Assembly: GCA_043823065.1 (NCBI GenBank) | Contig: JBDRBB010000006.1 | Span: forward strand, 128,001 to 192,000 | Direction of reading: 5' to 3' | DNA length: 64,000 nucleotides | Source: Pseudomonadota bacterium | Lineage (GTDB): Bacteria > UBA10199 > 2-02-FULL-44-16 > DYJF01 | Shown: positions 45,370 through 54,444 of the stretch, piece after piece | How positions within the stretch are numbered: position 1 is the stretch's first letter | Layout: each line of letters begins with the position of its first letter | Translations under genes and position numbers: made by a program | Notes under the pieces: model-generated | Told to the model about the DNA's origin: nothing | Seen by the model: only the letters and a program-made list of their open reading frames with translations | The model's database searches: none

Positions 45370-45457
45370 CCTTCGACAAGCTCAGGATGAACGGAACATC
45401 CTAATGAACGGAACATCCAAGCAACCGTTCATGCTGAGCCTGTCGAAGCATGAACGG
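45370..45457. repeat. REP-like palindromic element (CTTCGACAAGCTCAG/CTGAGCCTGTCGAAG family)
   Basis: CTTCGACAAGCTCAGGATGAACGG ... CCGTTCATGCTGAGCCTGTCGAAG, with internal duplication of ATGAACGGAACATCC. Confidence 0.75.
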
Positions 45458-45464
45458 TGTAAAT

Positions 45465-47273
45465 TTAGTTACAGTCACGGTTATACGGACATTCATCCAT
45501 GAAATCTAGGACGCTGTCAGCATCGTCATCTGGGTCGCAAACATCGCCGTAGCCGTCTCCTGCTGGCCAACCCAAGCCAGCATTAGCTGCAAACAAGGCA
45601 TCAAAATTCAGCTGATCAACATTAACCATAAACGGACAATTATCAGCATCGTTTAACATAGTATCATTATCCATGTCTGGGTCGCAAACATTGCCAATGC
45701 CGTCATTATCAATATCTATCTGAGATGGAGCATCTGCTGCTGGATTGAAGTTGGCATTAAACTGGCAATTATCATCGCACAGGTTACCTGGTCCACGACC
45801 GGAATTTCCTCCACCAGACGACCCATAACCCCGGCAAGGATTGTCACCAATCACGCCACTTGCATCACCATCATCATATAATCCGTCATTGTCATCATCC
45901 ACATCGCAGACATCGCCGCCAGTGGTTTCATCTAGAGGATCATAAACATCACCATCATTGTTGGCTTGATCTAAGTTCACATCATAAGGACAGTTATCAG
46001 CCAGGTCTAGCACTGTATCATTGTCATCATCTGGATCGCAGGCATCGCCTGGGCCATCGCTGTCATTGTCTTCCTGGCCTGGGTTGGAATCCATCTGGCA
46101 ATTGTCTGCAACATCTTCCACACCATCATTATCATCATCTACATCGCAAACATCGCCTTGGGCATCGCCATCGTTATTGGCTTGATCAGCATTTGGAATA
46201 ACTAGACAATTATCTCCAGCATTATTTACGCCATCTCCATCCATGTCATTATCGCAAGCATCACCCAAACCATCACCATCAATGTCTGATTGATCTGTGT
46301 TGGCAGTTAATAAACAGTTATCAATGGCATCAGTAATACCATCGCCATCATCATCTGTATCGCAAGCATCGCCAAAGCCATCACCGTCTGTATCTGTTTG
46401 ATCTGCATTAGGTACGCGGCGACAATTATCTACTCCATCTAACTCGCCATCATTGTCATCATCTTCATCGCAAGCATCACCAAAACCATCGCCATCTGTA
46501 TCTACTTGATCGTTATTAGCAATGATCGGGCAATTATCAGCAGCATTGAGCACGCCGTCATTGTCAAAATCATCATCGCAGGCATTGCCGATGCCATCGC
46601 CATCGCCGTCTTCCTGGCCTGGATTGGCCACTACCCGACAATTGTCATCATCATTTAACACACCATCTTCATCTGCATCTGGATCACAAACATCACCTAA
46701 ACCATCACCGTCAGCATCATTTTGAGCCGGGTTACCCAAGACAGGGCAATTATCAGTAGCATTATCTACACCATCTCCATCCCAATCATCATCGCAGTCA
46801 TCGCCAATGCCGTCACCATCTAGATCTGCTTGATCTAGGTTTGGAGTATCCACGCAATTATCAAGTCCATCGCCAATTGTATCACCATCTGCATCGTTAA
46901 AAACTTCATCGCAAGCATCGCCAATGCCGTCGCCATCTAGATCTGCTTGAGTATTGTTAACAGTATTGGGACAATTATCAGAACCATTGGCCACTGCATC
47001 GCCGTCACGGTCGTTGTCGCAAACATCACCTTCACCATCTGAATCCATATCCAGTTGATCTGGATTGGCTGCGTTAGGACAATTGTCCAGATTGTCTTCA
47101 ATGCCATCGCCGTCTGTGTCTATTGCTGCATCAACAGCTGGCGCTGGTGGTTCAGGCACCCAATCAGGATCTATTAACTGGCCACTAGTATTACCATTTC
47201 TACCACAACCAGCGCTGATCAAAGCTGTTAAAAAAATACCTATTATTAAGGTACCAAAAATGCTTTTTTTCAT
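45465..47273 (-). CDS. Thrombospondin type 3 repeat lipoprotein (Ca-binding surface protein)
   Basis: Lipobox SAGC; many DNCP..N..Q.D.DGDG.GDACD repeats. Confidence 0.92.
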   Translation of the reverse strand: MKKSIFGTLIIGIFLTALISAGCGRNGNTSGQLIDPDWVPEPPAPAVDAAIDTDGDGIEDNLDNCPNAANPDQLDMDSDGEGDVCDNDRDGDAVANGSDNCPNTVNNTQADLDGDGIGDACDEVFNDADGDTIGDGLDNCVDTPNLDQADLDGDGIGDDCDDDWDGDGVDNATDNCPVLGNPAQNDADGDGLGDVCDPDADEDGVLNDDDNCRVVANPGQEDGDGDGIGNACDDDFDNDGVLNAADNCPIIANNDQVDTDGDGFGDACDEDDDNDGELDGVDNCRRVPNADQTDTDGDGFGDACDTDDDGDGITDAIDNCLLTANTDQSDIDGDGLGDACDNDMDGDGVNNAGDNCLVIPNADQANNDGDAQGDVCDVDDDNDGVEDVADNCQMDSNPGQEDNDSDGPGDACDPDDDNDTVLDLADNCPYDVNLDQANNDGDVYDPLDETTGGDVCDVDDDNDGLYDDGDASGVIGDNPCRGYGSSGGGNSGRGPGNLCDDNCQFNANFNPAADAPSQIDIDNDGIGNVCDPDMDNDTMLNDADNCPFMVNVDQLNFDALFAANAGLGWPAGDGYGDVCDPDDDADSVLDFMDECPYNRDCN

Positions 47274-47393
47274 CTCCCCCTCCTATATAACATATTGATT
47301 TTATTAATGAAAAATGCTTTGACCAAGAGGATATCAAAAATATCCTTATTAGTCAAAGCGTTTGAAGGAATACTGAAGGTAAAATATGATGTT

Positions 47394-49082
47394 TTATAAT
47401 ATTGCTGGTTTTCTTCTATTATTATCAGCTACGCGGCTGCCCCAGCTCAACAAGTTTTTATTGCAATCATTGCGATCCAGCACCACTTCAATAAAGCAAA
47501 GCCCATCGTGCTTTTTGGCCTTAGCTATGGCTGCGCCTAATTCAGCAATATTAGTCACCCGGCAACCCCAACCATTGCCTTCACCAGCGCCAAACACATT
47601 TACTAAATCTGCATAACGCCAATTTTTAATATCATTATATGGACCATCGTGAATTTCAACTTCAATAGTATAACCGCCATTGTTCATGAGAAAAATGATT
47701 GGCTTTAAGTTGTAACGAATCATGGTGGAAATTTCCTGGGCAGTCATTTGAAAAGAACCATCACCAATAAAAGCAATGGGCCTGCGTTTTTCTTTGCTGC
47801 CTAGTTCATAACCCAAGGTGGCACCTACTGACCAGCCAATGGAACCATATTGCATTTGAATTTCAAATTTGGTGGTTTTGGGCAGTTTCAAGCGCATGGC
47901 ATTAAACCAGGAATCACCTGTTTCAGCAATCACCACATTTTTGTTAAGCATTTTTTGGACATGCGTAAATAAAAGCCTGGTGGAAATTGGTGTTTTGGGA
48001 TTTTTAGGATCGCGCGGATTAGGTTCTTCACCTTTAATCCTTTTATAAGCATCCATGGCTGCAGTATTTTTTTTAATCTTTTTGGCCAGAGCTGCTAAAA
48101 AATCTGGCATGGTCACATCATCATAAGTTTGACCAGCAACTTTCACACTCCTGTGACCAGCATAAATTAATTTATTAGGATCAATTAAAGTAGAATTGCC
48201 AGTAGTGGTGTAGTCAGTAAAAATTGGTCCGGCAAATAAATAAGCATCGCTAGATTCCACCACAGCACCGCAACCAGGAGAACTCACCGGCCCCCAATAT
48301 GTGCCAATATAATGGCTGTCTTCTTCTGAATAAAAACCTTTGGCATTAGGCATGGTAGCTACAGGGTATCCAGAGGAGTGTGCTAATTTTTGAAACGCGT
48401 TAATTCCGCCCCAAGAACGAAGTTTTGGTCCAGCTACTAAAACTGGTTTGGTTGCTTTGTTTAAAAAAGAAGCTGCATGTTCCACTGCATCATTTAAAGC
48501 GACTTTATCGCTGGCTAAAGCATGATTAAACTCGCGCTTGCAGGGTGCGGAAACTTCCAGGGCCGGAATATTGCAAGCAATCTCTAAATAAACTGGTTTT
48601 TTGGTGCGCAAAGCAGTTTCAATGGCCTGATCAATTTGCACAGGCGCATCAGCCAGATGATGCACAATCACTGCATCAGCAGTAATGGGTCGGAACATAT
48701 CGCGCACATAAGTATAGTTTACTTCAGCTAAAGTGTGATGCAAAAGCTGATTTTCATTTTCCGAATTAGTGTTCGGCGCGCCAGAAATTACAATCATGGG
48801 CAAATCTTCAGCATAGGCGCCAGCCACAGCATTGATGGCGCTTAAACCGCCTACACTATATGTAACAATAAGCGCGGAAACGCCGTTAGCCCTGGCATAG
48901 CCATCTGCAGCATACCCGGCATTGAGCTCATTACAACAACTAATCATTTGCATTTTGGGGTGTTTGAGAAACTCATCCAGCAAAGCCAGGTTATAATCAC
49001 CTGGAATGGCAAAATAGTGGCGCACCCCAACTTGCTCTAAACGGGTGGCAAGATAGGAACCTAAGGTTACTTTGTTGGGCAT
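47394..49082 (-). CDS. pdc: ThDP-dependent pyruvate decarboxylase (Zymomonas/Acetobacter-like) or related 2-oxoacid decarboxylase
   Basis: YLATRLEQVG, PGDYNL, CCNELN, LLHH, ETGDSWF, GDGSFQ...NNGGYTIEVEIHDGPYN. Confidence 0.8.
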   Translation of the reverse strand: MPNKVTLGSYLATRLEQVGVRHYFAIPGDYNLALLDEFLKHPKMQMISCCNELNAGYAADGYARANGVSALIVTYSVGGLSAINAVAGAYAEDLPMIVISGAPNTNSENENQLLHHTLAEVNYTYVRDMFRPITADAVIVHHLADAPVQIDQAIETALRTKKPVYLEIACNIPALEVSAPCKREFNHALASDKVALNDAVEHAASFLNKATKPVLVAGPKLRSWGGINAFQKLAHSSGYPVATMPNAKGFYSEEDSHYIGTYWGPVSSPGCGAVVESSDAYLFAGPIFTDYTTTGNSTLIDPNKLIYAGHRSVKVAGQTYDDVTMPDFLAALAKKIKKNTAAMDAYKRIKGEEPNPRDPKNPKTPISTRLLFTHVQKMLNKNVVIAETGDSWFNAMRLKLPKTTKFEIQMQYGSIGWSVGATLGYELGSKEKRRPIAFIGDGSFQMTAQEISTMIRYNLKPIIFLMNNGGYTIEVEIHDGPYNDIKNWRYADLVNVFGAGEGNGWGCRVTNIAELGAAIAKAKKHDGLCFIEVVLDRNDCNKNLLSWGSRVADNNRRKPAIL

Positions 49083-49139
49083 AAAACCTCCAAAAAAACT
49101 ATTGACCTAAACCTTAAAAGTCTATGGTCTATTGTCCAA

Positions 49140-49505
49140 TTATACAGAGTATATAAGCAGTATACCTATGATTGCGGCAACTATAGGCATGAGGCGCAGT
49201 TTGGTATCTGGTAAATTATTAACCCAATCCAATATTGCATGCATTTTTTGCACGCCTAAAACAAAGATTAGAATTCCAGCGATCACTGCAATTACGCCAA
49301 TTATGCCTGGAATCCAAGGCAGGCTTGCCTTTGGCGTGGCAATTAACAACAATGCGCCAAGTATTACCCGCACCACTCCGCCCAGGTAGCAACGGTTGCC
49401 CACTTTGGCAAAATCAATGAATTTACGGATTAGCTCTGGCTGCACCGTGAAAACAACGCCGATGACTAAGATTAAGATGCCAATTGTGGTTATAATGTGA
49501 ACCAT
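49140..49505 (-). CDS. Small integral membrane protein (about 4 TM)
   Basis: Four hydrophobic stretches; AGGGGG RBS before ATG 49505. Confidence 0.7.
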   Translation of the reverse strand: MVHIITTIGILILVIGVVFTVQPELIRKFIDFAKVGNRCYLGGVVRVILGALLLIATPKASLPWIPGIIGVIAVIAGILIFVLGVQKMHAILDWVNNLPDTKLRLMPIVAAIIGILLIYSV

Positions 49506-49525
49506 GTTTCCCCCTATCTTTATAT

Positions 49526-49580
49526 TTCGAGCGAGCAAAGCGAGTCGAGAAAGAATTTATTGTTCTCGACTGTGCTCGAA
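49526..49580. repeat. REP-like palindromic element (TTCGAGC..AGTCGAGA/TCTCGACT..GCTCGAA)
   Basis: Imperfect intergenic inverted repeat. Confidence 0.65.
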
Positions 49581-49585
49581 CAATA

Positions 49586-50155
49586 TTACTGGAACTTAAC
49601 CTCAGGCACCTCTTTAGCGCCCTCGTCAGCCTTAAAATAAATATTTTCTCTGGTATAACCAAACATACCAGCAATTAAGTTGTTGGGAAACATGCGCACA
49701 AAAGTATTATAGCTGCGAACTGCATCATTATAACGCTTGCGCTCTACAGCAATCCTGTTTTCTGTGCCAGCCAGTTCATCTTGCAGGGCTAAAAAGTTTT
49801 GATTAGCTTTTAAATCTGGATAACGTTCCACTACCAAAAGCAGTCTGCCTAACGCTGCTGATAGTTGATTATTGGCTTCTACTTTTTGGGGAATAGTCTG
49901 CGCCTGGCCAACTTTAGCCCGCGCTTCGGTAACATCGATAAACACTTTTTGCTCATGGCTAGCATAGCCTTTGACCGTATTCACCAAGTTGGGAATTAAA
50001 TCATTGCGGCGCTGCAAAACGTTTTCCACTTGGGCCCAGGAAGTATCTACATTTTCATTAAAGGCAACAATGTTGTTATATTTACCTACGCAACTTCCCC
50101 CCAAAATCAGGGCCACAAAAACTATTACTCCAATGATGATCCATTTCTTTTTCAT
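49586..50155 (-). CDS. lemA: LemA family protein
   Basis: LQRRNDLIPNLV, YPDLKANQNF, ENRIAVER motifs. Confidence 0.95.
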   Translation of the reverse strand: MKKKWIIIGVIVFVALILGGSCVGKYNNIVAFNENVDTSWAQVENVLQRRNDLIPNLVNTVKGYASHEQKVFIDVTEARAKVGQAQTIPQKVEANNQLSAALGRLLLVVERYPDLKANQNFLALQDELAGTENRIAVERKRYNDAVRSYNTFVRMFPNNLIAGMFGYTRENIYFKADEGAKEVPEVKFQ

Positions 50156-50200
50156 ATTCTCCTCCAATATTATAGAGCCGCCATGGGGCGGCAACCTTTT

Positions 50201-50276
50201 TTCCTCTCCCTTGAGGGGAGAGGCGGGGTGAGGGTGACCACCCCCTCCTTAATCCTCCCCCATCAAGGGGGAGGAA
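50201..50276. repeat. GC-rich REP-like palindromic element (CCTCTCCCTTGAGGGGAGAGG family)
   Basis: Two hairpins in inverted arrangement: TTCCTCTCCCTTGAGGGGAGAGG and CCTCCCCCATCAAGGGGGAGGAA. Confidence 0.7.
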
Positions 50277-50279
50277 ATT

Positions 50280-50987
50280 TCATGTGTTCATTGCATCAAC
50301 ATAACTGGTGATTGTTTCTAGTTCAGTCAAGTATTGTTCAAACGCTTCCAAGGCTTCTTCTTTTCTGGGCAGCACAGAAGTTCCTTTGCGTACAGCAATC
50401 AAATCCATAAAAATTTGAGAATTGAAATCAATATGTTTAACCAAACCTTCAACAACTTTTGCTGAATCGCGATCTGGTGTTTCTCCCAACATATGCAACA
50501 CGCCACGAAACACAGTAACAAAAGCAGAAAAACTTTTAAGCATAGTTTCAGCAATTAATTTAGGTTGATCATAATTGCTGGCATAAAAACCGCGCAGATA
50601 AAGCAGCTTGCCTTTTAGCTCTGTTTCACACTGATGCCTTAAATTTGAAAAATCAACTTTAATATTTTCAAAAGGATCATGGCCGATCAAAACTTTGTGC
50701 CGATCTTTAATATCTAAAAATTCCAAAGGAAAAACATCTAAAGAACGCTCAATATGCTTAGGATCAAAAAACAAAGGCACTGGATTTCCTTTTTTAATCC
50801 ATTTGCGAATAAGCTTGCCTGATTTAGCTAAATTAGCAGGAGCCGGGTCTTTGAGCACTACAATAGTGTTATAATCAGACAATTTTTTAGAAAAATCTGT
50901 GCTTGCAGCAGAACCATAAAGCACAACTGATTCCAAGTTGTCTTCAAATATCTTTTCCAACTCATGCGCAAATTCGTTTGGATTCAT
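50280..50987 (-). CDS. Nucleotidyltransferase-like protein of the LemA/TPM locus
   Basis: SVVLYGSAA..D...SDYN, DVFPLEF. Confidence 0.75.
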   Translation of the reverse strand: MNPNEFAHELEKIFEDNLESVVLYGSAASTDFSKKLSDYNTIVVLKDPAPANLAKSGKLIRKWIKKGNPVPLFFDPKHIERSLDVFPLEFLDIKDRHKVLIGHDPFENIKVDFSNLRHQCETELKGKLLYLRGFYASNYDQPKLIAETMLKSFSAFVTVFRGVLHMLGETPDRDSAKVVEGLVKHIDFNSQIFMDLIAVRKGTSVLPRKEEALEAFEQYLTELETITSYVDAMNT

Positions 50988-51002
50988 TTTACCTCCTAAA
51001 AT

Positions 51003-51138
51003 AAATCCTAAATTCTAATATCTAAATTCTAAACAATATCTAAATCCAAATGATCAAAATTCGAAACAACGCGTTTTGAACATTTGAATTTTGGTCATTC
51101 GGATTTGTTTAGAGCTTAGGGTTTAGAAATTAGTATTT
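51003..51138. repeat. AT-rich heptamer-based hairpin element, copy 2
   Basis: Shares the AAATCCTAAATTC...TCTAAATTCTAAACAATATC left arm and complementary right arm with 28350-28443. Confidence 0.7.
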
Positions 51139-51142
51139 GTAT

Positions 51143-51901
51143 TTACCAACTCCCACTAGCTCCCCCGCCCCCAGAGGACCCGCCACCAAAACCGCCAAAA
51201 CCGCCGCCAAAACTTCCTCGACCGCCACCAAAACCGCCACGGCCGCTAAAAAGCAGCAAAAATAAAAACAAACGAGGATACCGAATAAAAAGAAAAACCA
51301 TAGCTATCACCACTAAAATAGCGCCTACTGTATGCAATGGCCCCTTTTTTTCTGAAGCTTGAGCAAAGTCAATTGGCGCACTGCTTGCTGCTTTTTCTAA
51401 ATCAAAATTTATACCCTGGCCCTGGGCAATTACTGCCACCAGAGTAGTTGCACCTTTGACAATACCTAAATTAAAATCTCCTTGGGCAAAATCTGGAACA
51501 ATTTTTTCCCGAATAATGCGGCCAGCCATGGCATCATTAATAATCCCCTCCAAGCCATAGCCAACTTCAATCCGCAACTTTCGCTCATTAGGGGCAATCA
51601 GCAACAAGGCGCCACTATCTTCTCCTTTTTTGCCAATACCCCAAGCCTGATAAAGCTCTTCTGCATAATCTTCAATAGAGCGTTCATCTAAAGAGGTAAC
51701 TGTGGCCACCACCACTTCGTTACCTGTTTGTTTTTGAAAAGAACTTAAGACCTGTTCTAAATAATTTTCTGAACTGACATCTAGAATATTTGCAAAATCA
51801 TTGACATAACCAGAAGGGGCAGGCAGCTTGGCTTGCGATAAACTAATAAACGTGATTGAAATAATCGCAGTTAATACTAAAATTTTAAGACTGCGCAGCA
51901 T
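51143..51901 (-). CDS. TPM domain (YgcG family) protein
   Basis: VNDFANIL, WGIG, RIEVGYGLEG, Gly-rich tail GGGGASGSW. Confidence 0.93.
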   Translation of the reverse strand: MLRSLKILVLTAIISITFISLSQAKLPAPSGYVNDFANILDVSSENYLEQVLSSFQKQTGNEVVVATVTSLDERSIEDYAEELYQAWGIGKKGEDSGALLLIAPNERKLRIEVGYGLEGIINDAMAGRIIREKIVPDFAQGDFNLGIVKGATTLVAVIAQGQGINFDLEKAASSAPIDFAQASEKKGPLHTVGAILVVIAMVFLFIRYPRLFLFLLLFSGRGGFGGGRGSFGGGFGGFGGGSSGGGGASGSW

Positions 51902-51946
51902 TGGCGTAAGATATACGATCTAAGGAAGCACTGCAAGGAGAAGTAG

Positions 51947-53236
51947 ATGTGTATAGCCCTACCTGCTAAAATAATAAAAATTAAAAATAACCAGGCCTGG
52001 GTAGAACCTTTTTCTGGAAACCTTAAGGAAATTGATTGCAGTCTATATCCAGAAGCTAAGCCTGGCGACTATTTTTTGGCTTATGGCGGTCGCGCCTTAA
52101 AAATTCTCAAGGACAATGAAGCCGAAGAGATGCTTAAGCTTTTGCACGAAGTGCAGAAACGTACTCAGTTTTTTGAAATTATAAAAAAAGGAAAGTTAAA
52201 TACCGCAGATGTGCGTTATTTACTGAACTTGGAGGATCCCCAAGATTTATATCTTTTATATTCTGAGGCAGATCGCCTGCGTGAAGTTTTTCTGAAAAAA
52301 AGCGTGTGCGTGCATGGAGTAATTGAATTTTCAAACTATTGCGAATCAAATTGCGCCTACTGCGGTTTAGCTTGCAGCAATCAAACCTTGCCGCGCTATC
52401 GTATGTCTGCCCAAGAGATAATTGAAACTGCTTGCGATGCAGTAGCGCGCCTGGGTTTTAAGATGATAGTTTTGCAATCTGGCGAAGATTATTATTATGA
52501 TGATCAAACAATCATTGAAATTATTAAGGGGATTAAAAAAGGCAAACCTGTCTTGATTTTTTTAAGCATTGGCGAGCGAGGTTTTGAAGCTTATCAAAAA
52601 TTTCGTAAGGCTGGGGCTAAAGGTATTTTGTTTCGGTTTGAGACTTCTGACCATAAACTCTATAAAAAATTACATCCAGATTCAGAGCTTGAAACCCGCT
52701 TAGAACATATCAAATTTATGAAAGAATTGGGCTATTTAGTTGCTTCCGGACCATTGGTTGGCCTGCCTGGCCAAAACCAGGAAAGTATTATTAATGATAT
52801 CTTGCTGATGCGCGATCTTAAAGTTGATATGGCCTCAATCGGCACTTTTGTGCCGCATCACCAAACTGCTTTGGGCCAAGCTGAGCCTGGGTCACAAGAG
52901 TTAACTAAAAAAGTAATTGCAGCCACGCGCCTCACTTTATCGCCAAACTTGCGTATTCCTATTGCCACTTCTTTGGAAACTGTAAGTCAGGGTGCAGCTC
53001 GTTCTGAGATTTTGCAATCTGGCGGCAATTCTTTAATGCTAAATTTAACGCCGAATGAATATCGTAGGCACTATTCCATTTATCCAGAGCGGTTTGGCGA
53101 AAAAGAAACAGTGGAAGATTTGGTTAATGAATCTAAAAGATTGGTTTCAGGTTTAGGCAGAAGAGTCTGCCGGGGCTGGGGTGCAAAACTTAAGGTACAA
53201 GAAAACTCTGACGAGTTTTTGCCACTATGTAATTGA
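51947..53236 (+). CDS. HypC-like domain fused to a HydE-family radical SAM enzyme
   Basis: N-terminus MCIALPAKI...KPGDYFL (HypC pattern) after an AAGGAG RBS; then IEFSNYCESNCAYCG, VLQSGED, LSIGE, RFET, VGLPGQ, YSIYP (HydE-like). Confidence 0.8.
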   Translation: MCIALPAKIIKIKNNQAWVEPFSGNLKEIDCSLYPEAKPGDYFLAYGGRALKILKDNEAEEMLKLLHEVQKRTQFFEIIKKGKLNTADVRYLLNLEDPQDLYLLYSEADRLREVFLKKSVCVHGVIEFSNYCESNCAYCGLACSNQTLPRYRMSAQEIIETACDAVARLGFKMIVLQSGEDYYYDDQTIIEIIKGIKKGKPVLIFLSIGERGFEAYQKFRKAGAKGILFRFETSDHKLYKKLHPDSELETRLEHIKFMKELGYLVASGPLVGLPGQNQESIINDILLMRDLKVDMASIGTFVPHHQTALGQAEPGSQELTKKVIAATRLTLSPNLRIPIATSLETVSQGAARSEILQSGGNSLMLNLTPNEYRRHYSIYPERFGEKETVEDLVNESKRLVSGLGRRVCRGWGAKLKVQENSDEFLPLCN

Positions 53237-53256
53237 AAGGTGAAACTATTCAATAA
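53235..53256 (+). repeat. 22-bp direct repeat A (second copy at 56672-56693)
   Basis: GAAAGGTGAAACTATTCAATAA, identical at both sites. Confidence 0.85.
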
Positions 53257-53274
53257 TTGGTCTGCCGGATTATT

Positions 53275-53679
53275 TTATAGTTCTTTCTTCACTTTTCGAA
53301 TTACCTTTTCAATAAAGGCTAAATATTCCTGGGCTTCTTTATCTGATATAAAAATCCCTTCCCCATAAAAATCATCATTTATCTTCATCCTCATTGCATT
53401 GCCCATTATAAAAACAGTTTCGTCTTTTAAAATATCTGACATTGTTTCTAAAATTTTAATATGATGGCCGGGAATACTTCTAACCTTTGCCGAAGCTTTA
53501 GCAGCAATAAGTGCAATACCTGCTTTTATAAGTGAACTATAAGAGTAACTAAATTTCACTTCATTTCTGCTGTTTTCCTTAGCAATTTCAAGATCCCTAT
53601 TAGCATTAGTAAAATATCGATTTACTTGTTCTTTAGTGAACTCAAATTTTCTAAAATATTTATCGTCAAGCTTTATCAT
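53275..53679 (-). CDS. HEPN-like protein (MNT-HEPN toxin-antitoxin partner)
   Basis: ANRDLEIA, SYSS..KAG.AL, GHH, helical; 1 nt downstream of the MNT gene. Confidence 0.7.
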   Translation of the reverse strand: MIKLDDKYFRKFEFTKEQVNRYFTNANRDLEIAKENSRNEVKFSYSYSSLIKAGIALIAAKASAKVRSIPGHHIKILETMSDILKDETVFIMGNAMRMKINDDFYGEGIFISDKEAQEYLAFIEKVIRKVKKEL

Positions 53680-53680
53680 G

Positions 53681-54220
53681 TTAAATTAAATTTATTTTTT
53701 TGCTTTGCTCTATATCTTTAATAAAAGGATCTTTTTGTTTTTTATTATATTCTTGAGGACTTAAACTTATAACATTTATCTCACGATCAAATTCGCGCTG
53801 AATCTTTGCTATCTCTTTTTGCAAATCTTCTATACTATGCTTGCCAACAACAAAAATATCTATGTCGCTAGCAGCATCTATTTCTCCTTTAGCATAAGAA
53901 CCAAATATAAATGCTTTTTCTATGCCTTTCACTTTTTTTAAAATAGCCTCAAGCTTGGCTGCCAAACCAAATGAAGCCATAGTTATTTTCTTGTATTCAT
54001 TATAAAGTGGAAAATTTTTATTCAAAAAATAAAGTTTGAGATTACCCTTTATTTCAGCATTAAAAAGCCCTTCCCTCTCAAATTCATTTAATTTTTTTGC
54101 TAAATTTCTTTTTTCTAAATCAAGACGACGAGAGATCTCATTTAAATACATTTTTTCTTCTTCATGCATAAAGAAAAAAGCCAATAATTTCTGAGTAATT
54201 TGTGATCTTAAGGATAGCAT
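53681..54220 (-). CDS. wHTH + minimal nucleotidyltransferase (MNT) protein
   Basis: N-terminal YLNEISRRL HTH; IFGSYAKG...SDIDIFVVG. Confidence 0.88.
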   Translation of the reverse strand: MLSLRSQITQKLLAFFFMHEEEKMYLNEISRRLDLEKRNLAKKLNEFEREGLFNAEIKGNLKLYFLNKNFPLYNEYKKITMASFGLAAKLEAILKKVKGIEKAFIFGSYAKGEIDAASDIDIFVVGKHSIEDLQKEIAKIQREFDREINVISLSPQEYNKKQKDPFIKDIEQSKKINLI

Positions 54221-54234
54221 AATACATTGAAAAA

Positions 54235-54280
54235 TGTGGTGTAATATATTACACTGATAAGTGTGTATTATTACACCGCA
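54235..54280. promoter_or_regulatory. Nested palindromic operator upstream of MNT-HEPN
   Basis: TGTGGTGTAATA...TATTACACCGCA outer inverted repeat; GTGTAATATATTACAC palindrome at 54239-54254. Confidence 0.65.
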
Positions 54281-54444
54281 AATGTCAATAACAATTAAAA
54301 TATCTCTCGTCCGTCTGGTTTTTTGGTTTTTGCTACCACAATAAGGAGGTTATCTATTGACTCATTCTTTCACAGGTGACATCTTATCCGACCATGGGAC
54401 TTGTCTTATCTTGCTTAATACAAAAATAATAATAGGAGTTTTTT

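Noticed and set aside
45860..46201. His-rich 113-aa ORF on the plus strand
   Set aside because: Antisense shadow of the Asp-rich GAT/GAC codons of the TSP3-repeat gene.
45465..47273. TSP3 lipoprotein as a member of the Lys-depleted class
   Set aside because: Low Lys is intrinsic to acidic TSP3 repeats; it has a normal lipoprotein signal and RBS and lacks the promoter motif.
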